Source of the DNA: Malacoraja senta
Taxonomy: Eukaryota
DNA length: 64,000 nucleotides
NCBI GenBank assembly: GCA_038087875.1
Contig: JAXLNO010000385.1
Span: forward strand, 868,001 to 932,000
Direction: 5' to 3'
The translations under genes and the position numbers were made by a program. Of the stretch, positions 1-12,792 are shown piece by piece; position 1 is the stretch's first letter; each line of letters opens with the position of its first letter. The notes under the pieces were generated by a model. That model was not told the origin of the DNA. It did no database searches and saw only the letters and a program-made list of their open reading frames with translations.

Positions 1-3000
1 TATATATATACTGCAACTAGGGTGAAATAGAACTGATTTGGAAACGGTACCGACCCCCTAGGTTTTGGGTAATAAAGGCAGCGGGGCTAACGTCATAACA
101 TCTACGCCGGAAGCGATATAGATGTCGTACCCCACAGACGAGTGGGACACTCACTACGGTGTTGAAATCTCAGACACCGTACACTTATTTGATATACTTT
201 TTTTTATTTTTTTATCACAATACGTCACATCTATGTGTTTTCTTTCCAAGGACAATCGCGGAGGAGAACTACCAAGGAAGTCTATAATAGAAATGCCCCC
301 AAAATAACCAGAGTCCTGAGGTATGAATGCACCATAATAAATAAGATCATTAAAATTGGTAAAAAATGTATGATGATAATCAAAAGAAAATGGGAGGAAT
401 CACACTATGTAGCTGGAATATAAGGGGTATTAATGAACCGATTAAAAGGAGCAAGATACTAGCTCAGTTGAAATCATACAACACGGACATTTCGTTTCTA
501 CAGGAAACGCATCTTAAACATCAAGATCAGACGAGACTGAGGGCGAACTGGATAGGACAAACATTTCACTCTTCATTCACCTCCAAATCTAGAGGCACTG
601 CAATCATCATTCGTAAAGGAATTCCATTTAAATCAAAGAATACTATTTAGATAAGGGAGATACCTTATAGTAGCAGGAGAGATCAATAATACGCCAATTA
701 CGCTGGTAAATATATGCGCGCCCAATTTCGATAACCCTCAATTTTTAAATAAAATTCTGAATATAATTGCAGAATTTAATTATCAAAATGTTATAATTGG
801 AGGAGACTTTAACTGTGTTTTAGACCCTTATCTAGATACATCGATGCAAAAACAAAAAGGTAATATGAAATCTAAAACCAGTGAACTTTTACATACATAT
901 ATGGAAAACACAAATATAGCAGATGTGTGGAGGATTGCAAACCCGACGGGAAGGGATTATTCGTTTTATTCAACGGTGCATAAAACATACTCACGGATAG
1001 ACTACTTTCTTGTGGATACAAAATTAATTCCGCACACTATGAACGCTAAATACCACACTAATACGATCTCAGACCACTCTCCGTTAACTTTTGTTTTAAA
1101 ACTAGAAGGAATGTCTATGAATAAATCGTTCTGGAGGTTTAACTCGCAAATCTTAAAAGACCCACAAGGGAGTATATATCTAAAAAAACAGATGGATCTA
1201 TTTTTTGAGATAAATGATACACCAGATATTTCCCCCACGCTATTATGGGAATCCTTCAAAGCATTTATTAGAGGAGTCATTATTCCATTCCAAGCTTATC
1301 AAAATAAAAAGAATAAGAATGAACAAAGACATTTAGAAGAACAAATAAAACAATTAGATACAGATAATGCTAAAAATCCAACTATGGATAAACATAATAA
1401 AATCCTACTATTGAAATTCAAGCTAAATAAATTACTGTCAGAGAAAGTTATAACATTATTTCAAATCACAAAATAAGAACACTTCGAATTCGGTGACAAA
1501 CCCCACAAACTCCTAGCACGGCAACTGAAAAAACGGGAAAAAGAGAATGCAATACTAAAGATTAAATCAGACAGAGGGGAATTATTAACACTACCCAAGG
1601 ATATCAATAAAAGATTTGCTCAATTTTACCAGAATCTATACACATCTAAAACGTTAATAGACAATAATAAAATCTCAGAATTTTTAGATAACTGTAACCT
1701 ACCACAATTAGAACTGAGGGAACAAGAGGAACTGGGAGCACAAATTACTTCTAAGGAGATAGAAGACACAATAAAAACACTAAAGAATGGAAAAACACCA
1801 GGACCAGACGGATTCAGTAATGAATTTTATAAATCTTTTTATGACATAGTTACTCCACGATTACAGAAAATGTATACACATGCTTTTAAAGAGCAAAACT
1901 TACCTGAAACACTAGCAGAATCAACGATCATATTAATACTTAAAAAAGATAAAAATATAGAAGAATCAGGATCATATAGAGCTATAGCTTTGTTAAATAC
2001 GGATCAAAAAATAATAGCGAAAACACTAGCCAGTAGACTAAGCAGGTATGTTAGTAGACTAATTAATGAGGATCAAACAGGATTTATACCTAAGAGACAT
2101 TCATTTAATAACTTGAGACGTTTGCTTAACATAATGCACTCACATAAATCTCAGGACCAAGAGTTATCTATCATCTCATTGGACGCAGAAAAAGCGTTTG
2201 ATCAAGTAGAATGGGACTATATGATTAAAGTATTGCAAAAATTCCAATTGGGAGAGAACTTCATCGCTTGGATAAAACTATTATATAACAAACCTACGGC
2301 TAGAATACTAACTAATAATATATTATCCTCGAAATTTGAACTATCAAGGGGCAATAGACAAGGATGTTCATTATCACCGCTGTTATTTGCTTTAGTAATC
2401 GAACCCATTGCTGAAAAAATAAGAACACACATGTATATTTACGGTTATAATACAAAATATTCAAATAACAAAATATCCTTATGTGCCGATGACGTACTAT
2501 TGTACATCACAAAACCACAAATTAGTATACCAAATATATTAAATTTAATTGAGGACTTTGGATCCTTTTCAGGATATAGAATAAACTGGAACAAAAGTGA
2601 AATTATGTCCATAAAACCAAAAGACTCAACACACCTCAGGAAATTCCCCTTTAAAATAGCTACAGAAAAATTCAAATATTTGGGAATTGAAATTACTAGA
2701 AATTACCAGGATATGTTTAAAGCCAATTATAATCCCGTACTTAAGAAATTAAATAATATGATTAAATTCTGGAAAACACTTCCGATCTCCTTAATAGGCA
2801 GAATAAATGCTATAAAAATGATTTTCTTACCACAAATCCTATACCTATTTCAATCAATACCTATATATCTCCCAAAAAAGTTTTTCAAAAAATTGGGCTC
2901 AGACATTACAAATTTTATATGGGATTATAAATCCCATCGAATACAAAGAGCACACCTTAATAAACTAAAAGAGTTGGGGGGTCTCGCGCTCCCTAACTTT

Positions 3001-4525
3001 ATGTATTATAAATGGGCAGTAAATATTAAAAATATGATTCACCTGCTGGACAATTCTGCCCAGCAGGCGGACTGGATTATAATGGAAAAAGAGGACTGTT
3101 CCCCGAGTAATATAGGAGCGATTATTCTCTCTCCAATAAATTTGAATAATAAAAATTATAATAAAAACCCAATTATAAATAGCACAATTAGAACATGGAA
3201 ACAAATAAAACAGAATCTAAAATTAAGAAACCTATCTCTCTCAATACCAATAGTTAATAACCCATCGTTTAAACCTTCAACCATAGACAAATCATTTATA
3301 CAATGGGAAAGAATGGGAATCAAAACGCTCGAAGATCTGTATGAATGGGGAAAATTACTATCATTTCAACAACTACAACTGAAATATAATCTGAAAAATA
3401 ATCAATATTTTAAATATCTACAAATTCGTGATTACCTGAAAAAATACACAAAAGACTATCATAATATGCCTTCCGACTTACTAGATGAAGCAATGAAGAC
3501 AAAGGCGGAATCAGCTAATCTAATATCGTACTTATATAATATCATTTTAAACATAGAAATACCCAAAACAGAAGGAATTAGAAGAGACTGGGAACAAGAA
3601 TTAGCTATAAAAATTTCAAAAGAGAGCTGGGATAACCACTTACTACAGGTGAATAAATGTTCGATCAACGTACGACATACGCTCATCCAATTCAAAACAT
3701 TACATAGACTATATTATTCAAAAACTAAATTAAATAAAATCTTTCCTAATGTTTCACCAATCTGTGATAAATGTCTATGTCAAGAAGCTACCATAGCGCA
3801 TTCCTTGGTTTTTTGTACAAAAATCCAAAAATTCTGGTATGAAATATTTGATATTTTCTCAAAATTAATTAAAATAAAACTGGTACCAAAACCAGAATGG
3901 ATCATTTTTCGAATATCGGAAGGTATCCCTGAATTAAACGTGTATCAGAAGAACTTATTCAATTACGGGCTAATAATGGGAAAAAGGCTTATACTTAAAT
4001 TCTGGGAAAATGCGCGCACACCAACAATAAAAATGTGGACATCAAATATGTTGGAAACATTACATCTGGAAGAGATGAGATTCCTCTTAGCAGGGAAAGC
4101 AGACCAATTCCAAAAGACGTGGTCTACGTTTTTGGACCTATTACAAGCATGAGGTGCAATAGTAATTTAAAAAATAAATAAATAAAGAAATGGTATCAGG
4201 ACCTGGTAATGGGAGGTAAAACAATAAAAACAGACTTGGTTGGTGGTTCCCTTTCTGCGATTGTTCCTACTCTCTTTTTCATTCTTTTCTAGGATCTACT
4301 TTCTTACTTTACTTCCTTCTCTAACTTCTTTTCTAAGGGGCTTTCTTTTCACAACACTCTCTTGCACCTCACGACTCTTGCGCACTTTCTTTACTTTTCT
4401 TCTATCTTTCTCTTAAAGCTTAAAAAAATGAAGCGGTATAAAGAATGTATTAAGATATAAGTGTTGTGTATTACTGTAATTTACCGTACTTCTAATAAAA
4501 ATAATTTTAAAAAATTTAAAAAAAG
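1..4525 (+). mobile_element. L1-clade LINE (inter-ORF region, ORF2, 3' UTR, A-rich tail); 5' part lies outside the window
   Basis: APE endonuclease motifs (SWNIRG, FLQETH, GGDFN, YSRIDY, SDH), RT motifs (LDAEKAFD, GNRQGCSLSPLLF, CADD) and a C-terminal CxxC..H..C knuckle; AATAAA and A-rich tail at ~4494-4525. Confidence 0.93.
366..4152 (+). pseudogene. L1 ORF2 (endonuclease-reverse transcriptase), disrupted
   Basis: Split into ORFs 366-650, 844-1476 and 1870-4152; frameshift near 650; in-frame TAA at 1474-1476 followed by in-frame EHFEFGDKPHKLLA; YADD reads CADD. Confidence 0.9.
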
Positions 4526-4650
4526 AAGATGGAGTTTGCACCGTGTTCGGCTACACAGTCATGAGTATGGAGTGAGTGGAGCAGGGGGCTGAGTACGCAG
4601 CCTTGAGGTGCTCCTGTATTGATTGTTAATGAGGATGATGTATTTCTACC

Positions 4651-6715
4651 TTCTTCTTGCGAGTGAAGCATAAACCTTTGAAGCAACAAACACCCACGTC
4701 GAGGTAAATGGGTGCTTGTTGGAAATCCAAGCGCCTGTTGTTAACAAAGACAGTTAGCTCTCGCTTAGCTTCATTGTTGTGTAGATGGAATGCTGTTTAC
4801 ACTGTTTTGCCTTCGCTCAGCTTTAGATGCCACTGTCGTAGGTATACTGCAAAAGTCCCCATGTCTTGACTCAAGGAGCTTTCGATTGTCTGCCACTCTT
4901 TGTGTCTCATCAGGATGGCTAGATCGTTAGTATACCCATATTTTCCAGCGATGGTCTCTGGTAGGTAATGGATGTACACGGTGAAAAGCTGCGGAGCCAA
5001 GACAGGTCCCTGTGGGACGTCATTCTTCAGTCTACATAAGGGCCTGTCCCACGGGCATGCGACTCCATGCGGCAAGCGTGATCTAACCGCAAGCGGGGGC
5101 CACGCGGAGGTCGAGTGATTCCCGTACAGGGCCGGTCCCACCAGCATGCGGCTGCATGCGGCTGCATGCGGCAAGCGCTACCAAATCGTTGCCGCATGGA
5201 ATTTTTGAACAGTGTCAGTTTTTCGGAGCCCCTCGCGATGTCGGGACCAGCTCCGCACAACTATGCAGCTCCCGTGATCGAAGTGGGACCAGCCCCGCGA
5301 CATCCGCACGGCACCCGCACGGCCCCCCGCTTGCGGTTAGGTCGCGCTTGCCGCATGGAGTTGCATGCCCGTGGGACAGGCCCTTTAACGTACTCTGCTG
5401 TCCATCACTGGTCTTAAGCACAAAGCTGCGGTTAAATATCAGCTCCATGATGTAGCGTACCATGCGCCTGTCTGGCAGCACCCAAAGTAGCTTTGCAGTT
5501 AGTCCCCGGTGCCACACGGTGTCATAAGCAGCTGTCAGATCCATAAGAACAACCCCTGCCTTCTCATTTGCCTCAAAACAGCCCTCGATGTCTTGGGTGA
5601 GGAGGGTTACCTGGTCCGCAGTGGATCGACCTTGGCGGAAACCAGCCTGCTCGTGGGGTAGTTGAGGGTCTATGATGGTCACTGTGTCACTGGGCATTTG
5701 TCGGGTTTGGACGTAACTCTGCCAGTCAGGCGGTTGACTGTGTGCCATGCTTTACCGTGTTGGTGTTGGTGAAATCGATCGATTCAACCTTCTCAATCCA
5801 GCGTTCTTATCGTTTCTCATCCAAGCGTGTGAGCAATGTAGTGGCAGTGGTTTCAGAATCCTCTTTGGTGCCAGCAGCCGTATGATCTTCGTATAGCTGT
5901 TGACACTCATCATCCCATCATGGAATGTAATCCCTCTGGTATCCACGGGGGATGGTTTTCTTGCCTGCACTGATAAGCATGTTGCAGTAGGCTTGGTTGG
6001 AAGAGTCCACGTTGGTACTGTCTGGGGGAGGAAGGCCCGAGGAGGCTGCGTTTGTAAGTTGTTGGAACTTGTCCCAGTCGGCCTTGCGGAAGTTCCACCG
6101 CTCGATGTTGGAGCAACCAGTGGTGTTGTGGTGATGAGTGATGGTCGGTGCTGTGACCCTGGGAACCTCTCCAGAACCCGGCGCGTTGGTAACTGATGGT
6201 TCTTTGTGTTACTGGCAAAGGCTAGGTCTGGGTTTGTACCAGTGTTCCAGCGGGCTGAATGGAAGCTGTTTGGCTCCTTTGGATCATACAGAAGCGTGAG
6301 GGCATTGGCAGATGCCCAATCTATGAGGCTGTTTACATCACTATTCCATCTTGAGGAGCCCCATTCGGTGTGGTGGCAGTTGACATCACCTGAGTATACA
6401 CAGGGTGGGGTGAACACTGGTATGCATGTTGTAGCCAGACGCACTGGAGGTGGCTTGTACACATTGATGATGGTGACATCCTGGACCTTCACTGCAAGCC
6501 ATTCCAGATCTGAGTCTTCTGCAGACTGCCCTTCTATAGCCCAATCCGTGTCATCTCTGATGAAAGTGGCCAGACCATATATACTACTTGGTGTGAAAGT
6601 AGCTAGTGTGAATTCAGGTATTGTGTATTTCTCCACATTTTCGCAGTGTGTCTCCTGCAGGGGTATGACATTCGCTTAGTTGGCGTATGCTAGCTGCTCA
6701 ATAATGGATATCTTA
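4651..6715 (-). mobile_element. Ingi/Vingi-like LINE (endonuclease + RT), degenerate, 11-bp TSD GTATTTCTACC
   Basis: ORFs 5752-6636 (NVYKPP, GDVN, PDLAF, SQHRP), 5215-5748 (EQAGFR, DLTAAYDTVW) and 4797-5030 (VPQGPVLAP, YTNDLA); TSD at 4640-4650 and 6716-6726; GAA-type tail. Clade assignment is from remembered motifs. Confidence 0.7.
5038..5385. mobile_element. MITE with long TIRs (AGGGCCTGTCCCACGGGCATGC...), PIF/Harbinger-like
   Basis: Near-perfect terminal inverted repeats; removing it restores the host frame (STL|CRLK) at a TTA/TAA site. Confidence 0.8.
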
Positions 6716-6820
6716 GTATTTCTACCAATTCAAACAGACTGGTCTGTGGATGAGGAAGTCGAGGATCCAATTGCAGAGGGATGTGCACAGACCAAGTTCC
6801 ATGAGTTTGGTAACCAGCTT

Positions 6821-7290
6821 TGTTTTTAATCCAAAATAATAATTATGTAATGGCTCGCAGAAGGCCGGCTTGGCCAGGCCAAGGAGCAACCCAACCAGGA
6901 CAGCTTCGGCCACGCCCACTCCCTAGATCCCGTAACCGCTCCTCCCCCTTTGGACCCTAGGTGAAGTGGCGGTGCTCCTTGCCCTCTGGACCCTGGCTAC
7001 AAATGACGCTCTACTGGTACCTTGGTAAACAGTTTTTTTTTAAATTTAATCAAAAATATTTATTCAAATATTAAAACAATATATACAGTACAGTAAAAAA
7101 ACAAAACAGAACCCACCACCATAATACACGACGAACAAATATACAAAATAAACTACTATACAACTATGTTACAATCCTTGTCACTGATGCATTCAAACCC
7201 CCGCGGTGCCCAGCAGTCCCGGAAATCCCCCAGGATGTCAGTGGAAAGCACGTAGTCCCTTGCTAACACCACCCAGCCTGACGTATGTTT
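6821..7290 (-). mobile_element. Tx1-like LINE 3' fragments
   Basis: Two A-rich tails (~6821-6845, ~7033-7065 on minus); 6861-6935 is similar to 9075-9150 in inverted orientation; 7190-7280 resembles the Tx1 ORF2 end at ~58290. Confidence 0.55.
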
Positions 7291-7709
7291 TAGTTATTCT
7301 CCAAGTGGTCCAGTGCAGGATGGAGTGCCAGCGTGATCACGTTCTCCGTTGATCTTTTGTTGTTATCGGCAAATTATACTGCGTTCAGGTTGTTATAGAG
7401 GTAGGAGTTGATGTGCGCCATCACCGTCTTCAGAAAGCACTTCATCACCACAGACGTTAGTCTGTAGTCATTGAGGCACGTTACCTTACCAATATTGACA
7501 CCGGTATTATTCGTGCCCTTTTATTGTAGATGGGAACCTCAAACCTCAGCAATGAGAGGCCTCCACAGCCGTCTGTGGCAGAATTCCACAGATTCACCAC
7601 CCTCTGACTAGCCTCAGAATAATCAGACGTAATTAAAAAAATAAAATGATGAGGAATTTCATTGGTCAGAGGGTAGTAAATCCGTGGTATTCTGCCACAG
7701 ACGGCTTGA

Positions 7710-9400
7710 AGCTCTGGGCTGGTCTTCAGGAAAGGCCGCACCACTCCACTTGTTAGGCCGCAGGGGAGGGGGGGGGCGGCCTTGGAAACTGTAGCTGACG
7801 AAGTCTCCTTTCTCTCGGCAAGAGCCCTTGGTGACCACCACGCAGCGGGTGGTCCTGTCCAACGTCCCGCCGTGCATCACAAATGAGGCCCTCCTTCCCC
7901 ACCTTCACACCCAAGGGAATGCACTCACGGACATCACCCCGATATTCCAAGGGTTCCACAGGAAGGAGCTGCGGAACGTTCTTTCTCTCCGGCGCCAGCT
8001 GATTATGCTGCTGGACCAGACGAGGTAGTTGACGGGCGCTTCTGTGTCCATCAGGATGGGCGTGATTTCACCGTCTACTGGACATCGGAGCGCCCAATGT
8101 GCCATGCCTGAAAGGAATTGGGGCATATTCAGAGGAATTGCCCCAAATCCCGGGTAGAGGCCGCCTCTGGTGCCACCAGCCCCCCTCCCCCACTCCCCTG
8201 TAGTTGAGTCAGGGAACCCTGGGGTTGTGCAGAGCGCGGGTGGGGGTGGGGAGGGTCAAAAGAAGGGAGGGCAAGGTGACAAAGAAGATGAAACACATGG
8301 AGAACAGAACCCCCGGAGACAAGATCGTTCCACCCATCCCGTCACCTCCCTAGGGAGTCCGCAAGCCCCACATTCCAACCGAGGGCGGTGGTGATCGGGC
8401 GGGAGGAGGGGGAGCCACAAACGAAGGTTGCTCAGATGACCCCAGAGTCTGTGAGCTCCTCCCCATTGATAAAGAGGGGGAATATCTCTAGGGAGGAGCG
8501 AAAGGAGGACGAACAGGAATCCTCCAGGGGGAAGGGGAGTATTGTGGTGGAGGAAGACTCCTGCCCTCTGGTTTGAGCCCCGGCCACATGTTCTGGAGGG
8601 GATTCTAGGGAGGGTTCCCTAGAATCCCCTCCAGAACATGTGGCCGGGGCTCAAACCAGAGGGCAGGAGTCTTCCTCCACCACAATATTCTCTCCTCCTC
8701 ACCCCCCCCCCCGACACCACTCCACTAATTCCAGTGGAGGAAATCCGCGAGTTCATTGAGGCCACCGAAGGAGCCCAACATCGGCCCAGACTGGCCTCCC
8801 TCCGGTAGCCAAACTTACACGGGCTCACCAGCTCACTGAACCTCATCCTCAAAAGGAGGGTGAGGGGGTGAAGAGGAACGGCCAGCGTCAGCTCAGGTCC
8901 TCCTTGGACGACCTGGAGAATGATGCCAAGACCAAGAGCAGCGTCGTTCCTGCTGAGGGTAGAGGGACCAGGGGAGCGCCCCTTGTAACCAGGGTCGGGA
9001 GGGCAAGAAGCACCGCCACTCCACCTAGGGTCCATGGGGGAGGAGTGGCTCTGCTGTCAGCGACCAGAGGACTGGTGACGGGATCTGGGAGTGGGCAGGG
9101 CTGAAGATGTCCTGGTTGGGTTGCCCCTAGGCCTGGCCAAGCCGGCCTTCCACGAGTCACGGTGCCAGGCGGAAGAGGGCTTTGCCTGAGCCAGATACTT
9201 GCCCCTTTTCCGGGGTACGTCCGCGCCCGGGTGATGCTAGAGAGGAACATGGTTGTATAGTAGTTATTTAGTTTATTTGTGGGGATTGTAACATTGTTGT
9301 TTGAAATTTTAGTGTCCAGATAATTCGGTAATTTTGTAATATGAAGGTGGCTTGTTTTGTATCGTGATCGTAATTAAATAAATTATTTTTGATACATAAA
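7710..9400 (+). mobile_element. Tx1-like LINE, degenerate ORF1 plus 3' tail
   Basis: RVVLSNVPPCITNEALLPHL...RRQ (Tx1 ORF1 RRM-like), C..C...GH.QRNCP knuckle near 8098-8145, A-rich tail ~9375-9402. Confidence 0.6.
8540..8687. repeat. Perfect inverted repeat, 72-bp arms and 4-nt loop
   Basis: 8540-8611 is the exact reverse complement of 8616-8687; loop GGGT. Confidence 0.95.
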
Positions 9401-10230
9401 AAAGCTGGTTATCATGGACCTGGGTCAGTGCGCATCGCTCTGCAATTGGATCCTCGGCTTCCTCTTCCACAGACCAATCTGTTTGAATTGGCAGAAATAC
9501 TTCATCCTCATTAACAATCTGGACGGGAGCATCTGAAGGCTGCGTGCTCAGCCCCCTGCTCCACTCACTCCATACTCATGACTGTGTAGCCAGACACAGT
9601 GCGAACTCCATCTTCAAGCTCATCGACAACACCACCATTGTTGGACGAATTACAGATGGTGATGAGTCTGAGTATAGAAGTGAGATCGACCGATTGACCA
9701 AATGGTGCCGCACAATAACCTGGATCTCAATATCAGTAAAACCAATGAACTGATTGTGGACTTTGGATGAGGAAGAATGAGGTTCCACAATTCCTGGCGT
9801 GCATATGTCCGAAGATCTTTCCTGGACGCAGCACACTGATGCAATTATAAATAAACCACAGCAACGCCTCTGCTTCCTGAGAAGATTACGGAGATTCGGT
9901 ATGTCAAAGAGGATTCTCTTGAACTTCTAAAGTTGTAAAGTGGAGAACATATTGACTGGTTGCATCATGGCCTGCTTCGACAACTACCCAGTCCATCACC
10001 GGCTCTGACCTCCCCACCATCAAAGGGATTTACCGGAGTCGCTGTCTCAAAAAGGCAGCCAGCATCATCAGAGACCCACAGCACCCTGGCGATACTCATT
10101 TCACCACTGCCATCAGGAAGAAGCTTCAGGAGCCTGAAAACGGTAACGTCCAGGTTCAGGAACAGCTTCTCCCTACAGCCATCAGGCTATTGAACACTAT
10201 ACTACAACCTCAAATAAGCTTTGAACTACA
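9401..10230 (+). mobile_element. Rex1/Babar-like LINE 3' half, degenerate
   Basis: LSPLLHSLHTHDC, DDTT-like motif, GDESEYRSEI, LPSGRSFRSL..RFRNSF. Confidence 0.8.
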
Positions 10231-10244
10231 ACGTGTCTGTGTCT

Positions 10245-10413
10245 GTGGGGGGGGCGAGAGAGGGGGGGAGAGAGAGGGGGGCGAGAGAGGAGGGGCGAGA
10301 GAAGGGGGGGCGAGAGAGGGATGAGGCTAGAGAGGGAGGGGGCGAGAGAGGTGGGGGCGAGAGAGGGGGCGAGAGAGGGGGAGGGCGAGAGAGGGGGGGC
10401 GAGAGAGGGGGGG
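10245..10413 (+). repeat. G-rich low-complexity repeat (GGGGCGAGAGA-like)
   Basis: Seen directly. Confidence 0.9.
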
Positions 10414-10849
10414 CCTGATTCTGATCTAACGACACAATTCAATCACTTTTTTGACTGTTAACTCTGCCCTTTATATCACTAAATATATGTCCAGAGGTAC
10501 CATTCTGGGTAGGAACCTTTGTTGTGGCTGCATAGTTTAGGTTTGTTGATGCTGCAAGATTTAACGCACAGCAAACCCTTAACTTTTGTTACAAAACAAT
10601 TACTCTCTGCTTATTAATGCTTGGAGCTTGCCATGATTTCTTAGCATCGGAGCAATCCTCATAAGTGCTGGAGCTTTTTAAATGCCATGACGCACAGAAT
10701 TACTTCTGATGTCTTCCAAATACAAATGGATCACTGCGATCTCAATGGAAGGGAGGGAGCAAAATATTCATAGACACAGACTGGCATTCTTTACATTATA
10801 GTCAAAAAACTTGGCAGAGAAAAGGTCAAGAGACGGAATGTTTTTGTCC

Positions 10850-11145
10850 CAGGGTGGAAATATCAATACAGGGCAGGGATTTAAAGTGAGAGGATGAAAG
10901 TTTAAAGGAACTGCGCAGAGCAATTGTTTTTAACACAATGGTTGCTGCCTGGAACAAGCTGTCAGGTGTAGAGGTGGAGGCAGATACAATAGTAGCATGT
11001 CAGAAGCTTTAGGATAAACACATGAATGTACAAGGAATGGAGGGATATGAATCATGTTTAGACAAAAGGGATTAGTTTAATCTGGCATCATGTTCAGCTC
11101 ACACATCATGGGCCAAAGGACCTGTTCCTATGTTTTATGTTTTAT
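10850..11145 (+). mobile_element. Degenerate CR1 3' fragment
   Basis: F.VRG..FKG / WNKL-type CR1 C-terminal sequence and TATGTTT tail. Confidence 0.6.
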
Positions 11146-11577
11146 GCATTCATTATTGTATAGAACAAAAGGTATCAATTAAGGAAGAGCCATAGGAAGC
11201 AACAGACAGGAGGTAGAATGAAAGTTGGCATTAGCACTTTAGAACAAAAGAGACATAAAGGTTTCAGCAAGATAAATAGTCTGAAGAAGGGTCTCGACCC
11301 GAAACGTCACCCATTCCTTCTCTCCAGAGATGCTGCCTGTCCCACTGAGTTACTCCAACATTTTGTGTCTATCTTCAGCAAGATATATGTGTTTCTGAAA
11401 TGTGACAATAAATATCAGCAATCCAATTCTGCAAAGAAATCGCAAAAAGTTAAAATATTCAAAGCCAACTAATGGTAAACCTCTTGTTGCAATAAATTAC
11501 TGGTTCTGATAACTATCGAATACCTATGTGGAGTACGATTTGAAAAGTATTTATTATTTAATGGCATGAAATAAGGT

Positions 11578-11695
11578 TTACATTTTAGCCAGCGCTGCTG
11601 CCCTTTGCTCCGTGTTCTCAAACAAAGCTTGGATCAAATTCTTTGCTTCAATTGGAGAAAATTATGCTGCAAATGGTCCTTTCCCATCGGTCCAT
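11578..11695 (-). pseudogene. ZW10: ZW10 last coding exon (16) with premature stop
   Basis: tttag|A TGG: WTDGKGPFAA*FSPIEAKNLIQALFENTEQRAAALAKM*; internal TAA at 11662-11664; AATAAA on minus at ~11550-11555. Confidence 0.92.
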
Positions 11696-12610
11696 CTAAA
11701 CACAAGATTAAAGGAAGTTAAAAAAGATCCGATGTGCTTCAAATGTGCTACAAGCTTAAAATGAAGAAAGTCATGAAATTAGCTTTAAATTTCATTCCAG
11801 TCGCTGTATTTTTAACCTGGATGCCAGATTATTGAAAGTTAAAATATAGTTACCATGTTACAATCTGGCATATCAATATTTCAAAGGTAGACACAAACAG
11901 TTGGAGAGATTACCCTAAACATCCCCCATTCCTTCTCTCCAGAGATGCTGCCTGTCCCGCTGAGTTACTCCAATATTTTGTGTCTATCTTCGGTTTAAAC
12001 CAGCATCACAGCTCCTTCTTACACATATCAATATTTCATCTGTTACAAAATATTAAACCAAGATCCCATCTAACTTTCACATACAGAAGCCAAACTCCCC
12101 ACTGCAATGTTGAGGACATGAGCCCTATTCTTCATGAACCTTGCCTGGTGTCAATATTAACTTCCAAGAGGACCAATGTCACACTTAAGTCTTTGTCCAA
12201 CTATCTTCCTATCGAAAAACCCTTCACCTCTATCCGCCTATTACTTGCCAGGCTTTGTCATGCAAATCCTCTCTTCCAGCTCTCCCCCACACCAATCAGC
12301 CTGAAGTAGGGTCCCAACCCAAACCATCTCCCATCCATGTTCTCAAGAGATACTGCCTGACCACTGCGTTAGTTCAGCACTTTGTGTCTTTCATAAGGCA
12401 GCCAAGGAGAATATCTGGAATTGATGAAATGACCAATTGCTAATTTGGAAAATTTAACATCTAAAGAACCAACTTTTATTCAGGAGTTTGCGATGAATAA
12501 CCTCAGGAGAGTATTAATGTAATGAGACTCAACACAATCTAATGCCATAACCTTTACTAAAAGAATGATTTGATTTTATCCCATGACCTGTTTGTAGTTC
12601 AGGATCATAT

Positions 12611-12792
12611 CTGTCCACCAGCTCCTGCAGACTGGCCTGAAGAACTTTCATCAACTCTTGGAATTTCACCCACTTTGCCACATAAACTGATATCACTTCC
12701 AGAAACTGTTTGTTCTTGCTTTCTTCAAGGAGTGGTTCAAAGATTCCAGGCCCCTCTTCAAGTATAGTTCTGCATAATGCATAAAGGCCATG
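12611..12792 (-). pseudogene. ZW10: ZW10 exon 15 remnant, 5'-truncated, donor mutated
   Basis: [60 protein letters not shown]; donor reads ATATGA; first ~7 codons and the acceptor are replaced by RTE sequence. Confidence 0.9.

Larger units (their letters stand above)
4526..6820 (-). mobile_element. Rex1/Babar-like LINE RT fragment, split by a Vingi-like insertion (pieces ~4526-4650 and ~6727-6820)
   Basis: GAPQGCVLSPLL..THDC and LCNWILDFL motifs; the two pieces rejoin across an 11-bp TSD. Confidence 0.75.

Noticed and set aside
12605..12610. AT donor as a U12 AT-AC intron
   Set aside because: It lacks the ATATCCTT consensus and the acceptor is AG; a GT>AT mutation is the simpler explanation
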